Of a stretch of 18,922 bases of DNA, positions 7,854 to 16,568 are shown piece after piece. Position 1 is the first letter of the stretch; each line of letters starts with the position of its first letter. The notes under the pieces were generated by a model that was given only the letters and a program-made list of their open reading frames with translations, ran no database searches and had not been told where the DNA came from. Source of the DNA: Elusimicrobiota bacterium. GTDB lineage: Bacteria > CG03 > SLGR01 > JAGXOG01. The position numbers were made by a program, and so were the translations under genes. The DNA lies in the NCBI GenBank assembly GCA_051745145.1, contig JBNJDT010000025.1:1-18922 (forward strand), written 5' to 3'.

Positions 7854-8941
7854 TACCGCTTGCGTTCTTTTAATCTCTGTTTCCTTTTTTTCTTGAGATT
7901 CTCTTTTCTCCGTTCAATTATTTCTTCTCTTTTTTGGTCTATTAATTTTCTTCTTGCAGCTGCTTTTTCTTTTCTCATCCGGGCGTATCTTTCTTTTATA
8001 TTTGAAAGAGTAATATTGTTTTGAACTACAGCCATTTTTAATACTTCCAGTTCATTAGACAGTGATTCAATTACATTATCCAGTTTCTCTTTCTTTTCCT
8101 GACTTTCTGCTATTTTACGGCTTCTTTTAAGCCGGGCCAGCCTTGCTTTTTTAAATCTGATTCTTCTCCGGTTGACAAATATTTTTTTCCGGGCCTCCAA
8201 ATGAACCCATCTTAATTCCCGGATTTCATCTATGGTCCCGATTATCCGGGGTTTTTGGTTTTTATCCACCTGCACTACCTTGTCTTTACCTGCGTTTATG
8301 GATGCCTGTTTTTTGGATTTTTCTCTGTTTTGAACCTCTACTTCCCCCTCGTATACTCCTGTTTCCGCTTTGTTCTTTTCTTCATATATTACTTCAAAAT
8401 CCGTTCCTCTCACCCCCGTTACGGAAACCGGGGTTCTGATTTCAAGCTGTCCCGGTGACAAATTCTCCGTTTTGGCTTTAATTGCCCCGTAAAACATGTC
8501 CAGAGAAATATCTTCATCTTTTTGTTCAACTTCTACGGCGGTTTCTTCATTCAAGTCAATATTTATGGTATCACTTATAGTAACGTGGGCGTAGGAGCCA
8601 TTTCCCAGATTAATCTGGGTTCCATTTTGAACTTTAGTTTTAGTATCTACCGCCACCCATTTTTCTTCCTCGGACTCTCTAACTTTAACGTCCCCCTCAA
8701 AATACTTAAAATCCCCCTGGGTGTTTTCGGCGGGCTCTTCTTCAGCCTCTTTTTTTGCTGTCTTTTCGGTTTCGGAGGGAGTGTTATTATCCTGCTTTTC
8801 TTCAACATCCTCTTCTTTTTGGGAGTTTGCCCGGGCAGTTTTGTCGGTTTCTTCTGTTTTTTCATCGCCGGCAACCTCGACTTCAGGCTGCGGGTGAGCA
8901 CAGCCAGTTAATAAAAATAAAATTACTATAAGTTTTTTCAT
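7853..8941 (-). CDS. FecR-domain lipoprotein with an acidic linker and a highly basic coiled-coil C-terminus
   Basis: Lipobox LLTG|C and FecR-like motifs FEGDVKV, TPVSVTGVRGTDFEV and VYEGEVEV. The last ~110 aa are K/R-rich. Confidence 0.8.
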   Translation of the reverse strand: MKKLIVILFLLTGCAHPQPEVEVAGDEKTEETDKTARANSQKEEDVEEKQDNNTPSETEKTAKKEAEEEPAENTQGDFKYFEGDVKVRESEEEKWVAVDTKTKVQNGTQINLGNGSYAHVTISDTINIDLNEETAVEVEQKDEDISLDMFYGAIKAKTENLSPGQLEIRTPVSVTGVRGTDFEVIYEEKNKAETGVYEGEVEVQNREKSKKQASINAGKDKVVQVDKNQKPRIIGTIDEIRELRWVHLEARKKIFVNRRRIRFKKARLARLKRSRKIAESQEKKEKLDNVIESLSNELEVLKMAVVQNNITLSNIKERYARMRKEKAAARRKLIDQKREEIIERRKENLKKKRKQRLKERKR

Positions 8942-9020
8942 GAAATTCTCCGTTATTATTACAACTAAATTAAAATAATAAATTTACCGTATTTTTTATA
9001 TTAGCATAATTTTTATAATA

Positions 9021-10148
9021 TTAAAAAAATTTTGACAATAAGTTCTTACTTTCCCGTATAGCTGTCTGGGGACATCTCTCCGCGCAGCAAAAACATTTTA
9101 TGCATTTATCCATGTCAAACCGGGGGTATCCGTTTTCATATTCAATGGCATCCACCGGACAGACTTTTTTGCATTTTCCGCATTTAATACAATCCTTTTC
9201 ATCACAGACCGGGCGAAAAAATAAAAACGGCGAAATAAAATTAACCAGCCACGACGGGACCTTTGTGCCCAGTATAGATACCGGCGAAATTTTAAAATTT
9301 TTAAACCCGGGATTTTCAATTTCGTAATCCTTCTTAACTATTATATCGTGTATCTCCCCGCAATTTCTCTCATATACCTTTTGGGTAAGGGGAACTTTTT
9401 TGGGTTTAATACCGCACATCTTTTCCACGGTAGCATCTAATGCGTTTGTATCTTTGGCCATAAATAACCTGTTAAATTTTACGGTATCCCCGCCCACCGG
9501 ACCGCTTCCCTCCATTCCTTCGATGCCGTCTAACACAGTAAAGTCGGGACGGACCGCCTGATATAAATCGGCTAAAGCAGCGGCAAATTTTTTCGGATGG
9601 GGGGCCCGGCTGTGAAACTCGGTTTTTCCGGCTCCCGGTATCATACCCAGCATGTTTTTTACCCCCAGCGTAAAAACTGTTAGCGAATGAGTCTTAAGTT
9701 TGGGGATATTCACCACGGTATCGTAGTTAAAATAACTTTCCGGGATATGGACTTCAGTATAAACCCTGCCCTCCGGTATTTTAATTTTTCGGGTATTCTG
9801 CCCCGAAAATACGTCAAACTCTATATTCTGTCTGTCGCATACATCTAAAAAACCGCACTCTTTTGCAGCTTTTAATGTGTTCTGTTTTCCCCAGCCGGAA
9901 GGACTGTCCCCTATCGAACATTCTCCCCCTAAATCCGTTAAGAGTTCCGCCAGGGCATCTAATACGACAGGATGTGTGGTAACATTTTCTGAGGGGCTGT
10001 GGGACTGGAGCATGTTGGGCTTGAGTAAGATTTTTTTGCCTTTGAAATAGTTATCCGGAGTATTTTTGTCAAAATAGCGGCGAGCCGCCTCCTTGATTTT
10101 ACTCTTTTTGTACCCCTGCACTTTGTAAATAAAAACTTCTTTGCTCAT
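9021..10148 (-). CDS. DUF362 domain protein with C-terminal 2x[4Fe-4S] ferredoxin domain
   Basis: Motifs ILLKPN, VTTHP, GDSP, NIPKLKTH, GVKNMLG and DGIEGMEGSGP, plus two CxxCxxCxxxCP motifs. Confidence 0.9.
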   Translation of the reverse strand: MSKEVFIYKVQGYKKSKIKEAARRYFDKNTPDNYFKGKKILLKPNMLQSHSPSENVTTHPVVLDALAELLTDLGGECSIGDSPSGWGKQNTLKAAKECGFLDVCDRQNIEFDVFSGQNTRKIKIPEGRVYTEVHIPESYFNYDTVVNIPKLKTHSLTVFTLGVKNMLGMIPGAGKTEFHSRAPHPKKFAAALADLYQAVRPDFTVLDGIEGMEGSGPVGGDTVKFNRLFMAKDTNALDATVEKMCGIKPKKVPLTQKVYERNCGEIHDIIVKKDYEIENPGFKNFKISPVSILGTKVPSWLVNFISPFLFFRPVCDEKDCIKCGKCKKVCPVDAIEYENGYPRFDMDKCIKCFCCAERCPQTAIRESKNLLSKFF

Positions 10149-10150
10149 AT

Positions 10151-11008
10151 TTATCCTCTTGGATGATACTTTTTATGCATATCTTTCATATTTTTCCTGT
10201 TGACATGAGTATAAATCTGGGTGGTATCAATACTGGAATGTCCCAGAAGAACCTGTATGGATCTAAGATCCGCGCCGTGTTCTAAAAGATGGGTTGCGAA
10301 CGTATGTCTTAAAGTATGGGGAGTAACTGTCTTTTTTATACCGGTCTTTTGAGAAATTTTCTTTACGATTTTCCAGATCGTTTCTCTTTTTAAGGGTTTG
10401 CTTCCCCTTTTTGAAAAAAGATAATGTTTAGGTTTTAACTCATTCTCCCCGACAAAATTTTTTATTTTTTTAACCATTCTTTTATCTATGGGAACAAACC
10501 GCTGTTTTTTTCCCTTGCCCATTATCTTTATCCAGCCCCGGTTTAAATCTACATCCGATAATTTTAAATTTATCAATTCCGTAACCCTCATTCCCGTGGC
10601 GTAAAGTAATTCCAGTATTAACCGGTCCCGGGTATTGCCGGCGGCCTGTATTAAATTTTCAGTTTCATGCTCGGTAAGAACTGTGGGAAGTTTCTGGGAA
10701 AGGTTCGGGGTCTCAATATCTACGGCTGGATTGTTATCTACAATATCGTCAATTAACAAAAATTTAAAAAAACTTTTTAGAGAAGCCAGTTTCCTGGCTA
10801 TAGTAGTTGAAGTTAAATCAGCTCTTATATTTATTAAAAAATCCATTATATGATTTCTCTTAACTTTACCGGCGGGTATATTTTCTTTCTCTAAATAATT
10901 GAAAAAATCCCTCAAATCCCGGCGGTAGGCCTTTACCGTATTTTTAGAATACCCCTTCTCTACGTGAATATAATTTAAAAAATTATCTAACAGTTTCTCT
11001 TCTTTCAT
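10151..11008 (-). CDS. xerD: Site-specific tyrosine recombinase XerD
   Basis: N-terminal SAM-like domain (SKNTVKAYRRDL), catalytic motifs LYATGMRVTEL, GKGKKQR, HTLRHTFATHLL and LLGHSSIDTTQIYTH, and C-terminal HPRG. The context is housekeeping. Confidence 0.88.
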   Translation of the reverse strand: MKEEKLLDNFLNYIHVEKGYSKNTVKAYRRDLRDFFNYLEKENIPAGKVKRNHIMDFLINIRADLTSTTIARKLASLKSFFKFLLIDDIVDNNPAVDIETPNLSQKLPTVLTEHETENLIQAAGNTRDRLILELLYATGMRVTELINLKLSDVDLNRGWIKIMGKGKKQRFVPIDKRMVKKIKNFVGENELKPKHYLFSKRGSKPLKRETIWKIVKKISQKTGIKKTVTPHTLRHTFATHLLEHGADLRSIQVLLGHSSIDTTQIYTHVNRKNMKDMHKKYHPRG

Positions 11009-11011
11009 TAA

Positions 11012-11632
11012 TTAAATAAAAGGATTGTCTTTTCTCTCTTTACCCACTGTAGTGGACGGGCCGTGGCCGGGATATACTTTAACGTCATCTTCGAGAGATA
11101 AAATTTTTTGTTTTATATTCTCTTTTAAAACTTCCATGTCTCCGCCCGGAAGATCGCATCTTCCCACCGAACCGGCAAATAACGCATCCCCGCAAAAGAG
11201 AACCCTTTCGTCTTTACTGTAAAGAGAAATACTGCCGGGGGTGTGTCCGGGAGTTTCCAATACTTCCAACTGGACGCCCGAAATCTCTATAATATCGTCC
11301 TCTTCAACAAGCTCATCGGGCCGGGGGGGAGAATCCTCGGAAATCTGTAAAAATTTATTGAGGTTGAATTTTTTGTCATTCAGAGTGGTCTGATCTTTTT
11401 CCCCCAGTATTATCCGGGCTCCGGTACTCTTTTTTAATTTCACCGCCCCCCCTATATGATCCCAGTGGGCATGGGTGAAAATAATTTTTGATATGGATGC
11501 CGGCCCGGATTCTTTTAAAATTTTTTCGGAGTCGCCGGCCGGATCTATAACTAAAGCTTCTTTTTGGGAATCTCCGTAAACTATATAACAGTTAGTGGAT
11601 AAAGGACCTAGGGCAAGAGTTTTTATATTCAT
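11012..11632 (-). CDS. MBL-fold metallo-hydrolase (glyoxalase II-like, YcbL/GloC type)
   Basis: Motifs TNCY, IDPA, THAHWDHIGG, TPGHTPGS, GDALFAGSVGRCDLPGG and YPGHGPSTT. Confidence 0.92.
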   Translation of the reverse strand: MNIKTLALGPLSTNCYIVYGDSQKEALVIDPAGDSEKILKESGPASISKIIFTHAHWDHIGGAVKLKKSTGARIILGEKDQTTLNDKKFNLNKFLQISEDSPPRPDELVEEDDIIEISGVQLEVLETPGHTPGSISLYSKDERVLFCGDALFAGSVGRCDLPGGDMEVLKENIKQKILSLEDDVKVYPGHGPSTTVGKERKDNPFI

Positions 11633-11640
11633 GACTTATG

Positions 11641-12708
11641 TCATTTCTTTTTTTTCTTTTTCTTCTTTTTTTTGGATTTTTTGTCTTCTTTATCTTCTTC
11701 GTCGTCCTCTTCGTCAGAGCCAAAGAGTTTTTTACGTACTTTTTCTTCGATTTCATCGGCCACTTCCGGGTTCTCTTTTAAAAAATCCATGGTATTGGTT
11801 CTTCCCTGTCCCAGCTGGGTTTCACCGTAGGAATACCAGGTTCCCCTCTTTGTAAGTATGTCGTATTCCAGGCCCATGTCTATAAGGCAGCCTTCGTTGG
11901 AAATACCTTCGCCGTAAATTATATCAAATTCAGCTTTTCTAAACGGAGGGGCAACCTTGTTTTTAGCTACTTTTACCCTTATCCGGTTACCTACGGATTC
12001 GGACTTGGATTTAATGGAGCCTATCCGCCTGATATCCAGCCTTACCGAAGAATAAAATTTTAAGGCCCGGCCGCCGGGAGTAGTTTCGGGATTGCCAAAC
12101 ATAACTCCGATCTTTTCTCTTATCTGGTTGACAAAAATTGTCGTTGTGGTAGATTTTGAAATAGTAGCCGAAAGTTTTCTCAGGGCCTGGGACATAAGTC
12201 TGGCCTGCAGTCCCACATGGGCATCTCCCATTTCTCCCTCCAGCTCAGCTTTGGGAACCAGGGCCGCCACACTGTCAATAACTATGACGTCCACCGCCCC
12301 GCTTCTGACCAGGGTTTCGGCCACTTCCAGGGCCTGTTCTCCGTAGTCGGGCTGGGAAATTAAAAGATTATCTATATCCACTCCCAGATTCTTTGAATAC
12401 GACGGATCCAGGGCGTGTTCGGCATCTATATAGGCTGCATTTCCCCCGTCTTTTTGAGCGCTGGCCACTATTTCCAGAGAAAGAGTGGTTTTACCCGAAG
12501 CTTCGGGACCGTAAATTTCAACTACCCTGCCCCGGGGAATTCCACCCACTCCTAATGCATGATCTAAAGTCAGGGCTCCCGTGGAAATAGAATCTACATT
12601 GTTCCGGTAGTGATCGTCTCCCAGTTTCATAACCGTACCCTTACCGAACTTTTTTTCTATTTGTCCTACAGCCCTGTTTAAAGCTTTATCTTTTTTCTTT
12701 TTTGACAT
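11641..12708 (-). CDS. recA: Recombinase RecA
   Basis: Walker [49 protein letters not shown] and [23 protein letters not shown] at 12713-12718. Confidence 0.99.
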   Translation of the reverse strand: MSKKKKDKALNRAVGQIEKKFGKGTVMKLGDDHYRNNVDSISTGALTLDHALGVGGIPRGRVVEIYGPEASGKTTLSLEIVASAQKDGGNAAYIDAEHALDPSYSKNLGVDIDNLLISQPDYGEQALEVAETLVRSGAVDVIVIDSVAALVPKAELEGEMGDAHVGLQARLMSQALRKLSATISKSTTTTIFVNQIREKIGVMFGNPETTPGGRALKFYSSVRLDIRRIGSIKSKSESVGNRIRVKVAKNKVAPPFRKAEFDIIYGEGISNEGCLIDMGLEYDILTKRGTWYSYGETQLGQGRTNTMDFLKENPEVADEIEEKVRKKLFGSDEEDDEEDKEDKKSKKKKKKKKKK

Positions 12709-12746
12709 AATATCCTCCGTTTTTTATTTTCTATAGTCTTTTATTT

Positions 12747-12775
12747 AGTATAAAAGATTTACAACTTTTATTCAA
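12747..12775 (-). promoter_or_regulatory. Putative sigma70 promoter for recA
   Basis: Minus strand TTGAAT (12775-12770), 17-nt spacer, TATACT (12752-12747). Confidence 0.6.
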
Positions 12776-14036
12776 TTATATCTACGAAAGTACCCTCGTC
12801 TACCAGATTAAAAAGCTCTATAAGATCACTGTCTTCCATCCATATACAGCCGCTGGTAGAAGGAGTCCCCAGTTTATCCGGCACCTGGGTCCCGTGGATA
12901 TAAATATTTCTTCTGTAACTGTCTACCCCCCGGCCCCGGTTTAAACCCGGTTCAAGCCCTTTAAGATGCATAATCCGGGTGATTATAAGGGTGTCGGAGA
13001 GAGTGAAATAGTTCAAAGATACCTGGGCCAGTTCATTGGTATCCCGCCGGCCCACAAAAATATTACCTGGGAGGGTTCCTTCCCCTATTTTTGTCTCTAT
13101 CTGGTGAAGCCCGGGAGGAGTTTTATCGGACCCGTAAGCAGTACCCGGGCCTTTTTTAGCCGTGGAGATGGTATATTCCCTAATTACCTGTTCATCTTCG
13201 TACAGGTAAAGCCGCTGCTTTTCTATTGAAATAACAATCCGGCGTTCGCGGGCCGTCTCCGGGGATAAGTATTTAAAACTGCCATCAAGCAAAAAAAGCG
13301 GATTAAGCCTTTTACTTTTCCACCGGGCGGCCCACCGGAGAACTGATTCACCGGTTTCTCGCTTCTTGCCGGCTATCCCGATCTGTTGGTTTTTATATAC
13401 TTTATCCCCCCGGGAAACCGTTATTTCCTCCAGGTTCCGGTATAGGGTAACTAGTCCCAGTCCGTGATCTATCATTACCTGTCCCGACCCGGGTTCTCCG
13501 CCGGTAAATTTTACAGAACCCCGGGATACGGAAAATACCGGGGTCTCTCCGACCAGGGATATTTCAATTTCTCCGGTTGAAGGACGGATTTTTTTTGCTG
13601 TACCGGCCCGGTTAGTAAATTTCTCTTTGGGTACCGGCTCTGTAAATCCCTGCTTAAAATAAGGTACCCGGGTTCCGGTGGAGTTTTTAAGAACCCGGTT
13701 GTACGATCTATTTTCTGATTGGATGGTTAAATTTTCAAGATTCCCACCCTTAACCAGGTTAATTTCTCTTACTGCGGGCTCAGTATTTTCCCGGTTAACT
13801 ACAAATCTGTATTTTCCCCGGTCTGCATAGTCAAAACCAAAGACAAAAAAACCGTCCTTTACAGGTATATCCCTGCCGTTGACCGTAGCGGACTGGGCGC
13901 CTGAAACCTTACCTATGACCGCCCCCCCCGGCCGGGCGAGCCCTAAAAAACGAGCTTGGCTATATTTAGAAAATAAAATTAAAAGACAGGTTGCCAGAAA
14001 AAGTTTATAACCGTGCTGTAAAACCGGATATTTCAC
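12768..14036 (-). CDS. Secreted fusion protein: degenerate M23 (LytM) peptidase domain plus YkuD L,D-transpeptidase domain
   Basis: Signal peptide, then an M23-like segment (GETPVFSVSRGSV, VMIDHGLGLVTLY, VSRGDKV, QQIGIAG, RLNP). The C-terminal YkuD segment has ISIEKQRLYL, YTISTA, KTPPG, IYIHGT...PSTSGCI and GTFVDI. Confidence 0.85.
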   Translation of the reverse strand: MKYPVLQHGYKLFLATCLLILFSKYSQARFLGLARPGGAVIGKVSGAQSATVNGRDIPVKDGFFVFGFDYADRGKYRFVVNRENTEPAVREINLVKGGNLENLTIQSENRSYNRVLKNSTGTRVPYFKQGFTEPVPKEKFTNRAGTAKKIRPSTGEIEISLVGETPVFSVSRGSVKFTGGEPGSGQVMIDHGLGLVTLYRNLEEITVSRGDKVYKNQQIGIAGKKRETGESVLRWAARWKSKRLNPLFLLDGSFKYLSPETARERRIVISIEKQRLYLYEDEQVIREYTISTAKKGPGTAYGSDKTPPGLHQIETKIGEGTLPGNIFVGRRDTNELAQVSLNYFTLSDTLIITRIMHLKGLEPGLNRGRGVDSYRRNIYIHGTQVPDKLGTPSTSGCIWMEDSDLIELFNLVDEGTFVDIIE

Positions 14037-14092
14037 CTTTATTTAAACTACTTCAGGCTAAAAAATATTATCTGACGGGCCAAAGGTCTGTA

Positions 14093-14587
14093 TTACAGTA
14101 ATAAAAGGGCCACCCTGATGATAACATTGGTGAGAATACCGGCATAAATATCATCCAGCATAATTCCCAGTCCTCCGGCGACAATTTCCAGTTTATCCAT
14201 GGGATACACTTTGGTAATATCTATAATGCGAAAAATTATAAGAGCAGTTATGATTCTGCCGGGGGTCAAATATATTTCAGAACCGGGGTCAACAGGAGGC
14301 AGAAAAGCCACGGCTATAAAAAAGCCCAGTATCTCATCTATTACTACCTGGGGGGGATCTATTACTTTGCTGTTTTTTTCGTAATTACCGGCCGTTACTA
14401 TGCCTATAAAAGTTAATGCTATAAGCACCACCCAGTAAATTGAAGAAACTATAAATCCCTTTATCCCTAAAATACTGGTTATAAAAAAGATAATCGCGGC
14501 GGCCAATATAGTTGCTACCGTACCCGGCGCCGGCGTTTTTTCACCAATTCCAAAACCCGTTGCTATAAAATCATTTAACCAACTCAT
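14093..14587 (-). CDS. pgpA: Phosphatidylglycerophosphatase A
   Basis: Motifs ATGFGIG, APGT, DPPQVVIDEILG, FRIIDITK and GGLGIMLDDIYAG. AGGAGG RBS. Lies directly after pgsA. Confidence 0.93.
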   Translation of the reverse strand: MSWLNDFIATGFGIGEKTPAPGTVATILAAAIIFFITSILGIKGFIVSSIYWVVLIALTFIGIVTAGNYEKNSKVIDPPQVVIDEILGFFIAVAFLPPVDPGSEIYLTPGRIITALIIFRIIDITKVYPMDKLEIVAGGLGIMLDDIYAGILTNVIIRVALLLL

Positions 14588-14602
14588 ATATCCTCCTGAA
14601 TA

Positions 14603-15136
14603 TTATTCTCTTAAAAATTGTTTTATATAAACTGCACCGGAATATACAGTTATCCCGGCTGTTACTACAGTAATAAAATATTCTATTTTCATCTGAAATA
14701 AATTATTATAAATTAATACAATAATTATTAACCCGATAGCAATTAATTGACTTGCTGTTTTAACTTTTCCCACCATAGCCGCAGCCATAATCTCCCCCCT
14801 GGATGCAGCCAGTGTCCTTAAACCATTTATAATAAATTCCCGGGCAATAATCAATATTACAGCCCAGGATGGAACCGCCAAAGAATTTAAACCCACGAAT
14901 ATTACAAAAGCCGTAACTACAAAGAGTTTATCGGCCAGTGGATCTAGGAATTTACCCAGATCGGAAACCTCGTCTCTCTTTCGGGCCAGCTCTCCGTCAA
15001 TATAATCGGATACGGACGCCGCTATTAAAAAAAATAAAGAGAAAAATCTAAACAAATTACTCTCAATCAGAAGACATATCCCGAAGGGTATAACCATTAA
15101 TATCCTGCTTACAGTTATTTTATTCGCTAGAGTCAT
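14603..15136 (-). CDS. pgsA: CDP-diacylglycerol--glycerol-3-phosphate 3-phosphatidyltransferase
   Basis: CDP-alcohol phosphotransferase motif SDYIDGELAR...GKFLDPLADK, plus AREFII and GKVKT. Start moved to the ATG at 15136 (MTLANKITVSRI), which has GAGGTGG upstream. Confidence 0.95.
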   Translation of the reverse strand: MTLANKITVSRILMVIPFGICLLIESNLFRFFSLFFLIAASVSDYIDGELARKRDEVSDLGKFLDPLADKLFVVTAFVIFVGLNSLAVPSWAVILIIAREFIINGLRTLAASRGEIMAAAMVGKVKTASQLIAIGLIIIVLIYNNLFQMKIEYFITVVTAGITVYSGAVYIKQFLRE

Positions 15137-15857
15137 TGGAAAATTCCACCTCATTCACCAGCCCCCGGCTGCCTGATTCTACATCAATATTTCTATATTT
15201 TTGACCTTCATTTTTTCTAAAATATATATCCACTCCCGGAACATAACCGATTTTTAAAGACAAAGTTTCTTCAGCCTCCCAGTAGGATGTAGTACCTTCC
15301 TGTAATATACCCTGATATAAAGTCTCATTATCGCCGGTAGCCTTCAGCCAGGTCTTCTCCTTGATTACAGCCTTAGCCATTAATTTCTCTTCGTATTCCG
15401 GCTGCTGTAAGAGAAATTCGGGTATTTCAATATTATTCTCAATATCCTCAACAGAATCCTGTCTTTCGGTTGGTTCGGTAAATTTATCCGAAACTATTCT
15501 ATGGATTTGAGTTTTTCTTATAACAGTCCAAATCCCGCCGGACAGTATTAAAATAATTAGAAGAACCTTAACTGTCTTCCCTGGATTTTGGGTCTCTTTT
15601 TTCCGGTTTTTTTCTTTTAACGGCTTGCTGAATTTTTTTGTTATTTTTTCAATTACCCGCGCTTCTATCTGTATATCTAAAAAATCCGCGTAAGCTTTTG
15701 TAAAACTCTTGGCGTAAAATCCGCTTCTAAATACCGAAAAATCTTCCTCTTCAATAGCCTCTAACTTCCCTTTCGGGATATGCAGCTGGTCTGATATTTT
15801 CTGTAAAGTCAGACCCTTATTTTCTCTCTCTTTTTTTAATTTTTTTCCTAAATTCAT
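15120..15857 (-). CDS. rodZ: RodZ-like protein (HTH, transmembrane helix, DUF4115)
   Basis: N-terminal HTH (LGKKLKKERENKGLTL...LEAIEE...YADFLD), one TM helix, and a C-terminal domain with TWLKATGD, YQGIL and LSLKIG. Conserved position between lolA and pgsA. Confidence 0.85.
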   Translation of the reverse strand: MNLGKKLKKERENKGLTLQKISDQLHIPKGKLEAIEEEDFSVFRSGFYAKSFTKAYADFLDIQIEARVIEKITKKFSKPLKEKNRKKETQNPGKTVKVLLIILILSGGIWTVIRKTQIHRIVSDKFTEPTERQDSVEDIENNIEIPEFLLQQPEYEEKLMAKAVIKEKTWLKATGDNETLYQGILQEGTTSYWEAEETLSLKIGYVPGVDIYFRKNEGQKYRNIDVESGSRGLVNEVEFSNDSSE

Positions 15858-15860
15858 ATT

Positions 15861-16568
15861 CTAATCTATATTAATTATATTTATCTCTTCATCTTTTCGG
15901 TCAAAAGTAAAAACGCTGTCTTTAAGCTCTAAATTTATTCTGTAATCTTTAAATTCGGTTATTGATTTAAAATTATCTCCGGAAACTACCGTGCGTATGG
16001 GCAAATAGCTGCTCTGATTTATATATATATTCATCTTCTCAAAATTGTGTTTTCCCCGGGGAACAGCCCGGATAACAGCAGTCGCTGAACTTATTTTAAA
16101 GCCGGTAAGATCGAAATTTTGTTCCAGATCTTTAAAAGGCGTATCTGATATAATAAGGGAAGCAGAAGTTCCCAGGATTCCCGATATACTTTTGCGGTTC
16201 TGCCTGGTCGCCTGTTTAATAGAGGGGACATAAGTAATGAGAGTATTGCTGGAAAATATTATGTTCTGAGGAGAAGGTTCTGTATACTTAATAAATAATT
16301 TTTCCGGCCTTTTAAACTTTATTTCTGATTTTACTGTTCTGGTGCTGTCAGCTATATAAGAATTTTGTAAAAATCCGAAAGAGACCGTTTCGGTTTTTTT
16401 CATCTTTTCTTTAAGCTGTTGCTTAAACTTGTTGAATTCTTCGGTATTGAATTTTTCATCCGACCTGAGTTCAACTGAATTTTCAGGATTCCCCGGAGAA
16501 CCTGTCACCTGTGCGGGTATAGCTATCAGTAAGATAAGCAAACAATTTATAATTACGGATATTTTCAT
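15861..16568 (-). CDS. lolA: Outer-membrane lipoprotein carrier protein LolA-like
   Basis: Signal peptide and motifs FKRPEKLFIKYTEP, TLITYVPSIKQA and NLELKDSVFTF. It lies directly downstream of ftsK, with the ATG at 16568 overlapping the ftsK TGA. Confidence 0.8.
   Translation of the reverse strand: MKISVIINCLLILLIAIPAQVTGSPGNPENSVELRSDEKFNTEEFNKFKQQLKEKMKKTETVSFGFLQNSYIADSTRTVKSEIKFKRPEKLFIKYTEPSPQNIIFSSNTLITYVPSIKQATRQNRKSISGILGTSASLIISDTPFKDLEQNFDLTGFKISSATAVIRAVPRGKHNFEKMNIYINQSSYLPIRTVVSGDNFKSITEFKDYRINLELKDSVFTFDRKDEEINIINID

Noticed and set aside
10151..11008. Tyrosine recombinase as a phage/ICE integrase or shufflon invertase
   Set aside because: Its size and motifs match housekeeping XerD, it is embedded in a core operon, and no att sites, tRNA or mobile cargo are adjacent.
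15137..15154. ORF-track start of pgsA at 15154
   Set aside because: MTLANKIT at 15136 matches the usual PgsA N-terminus and has an RBS upstream.
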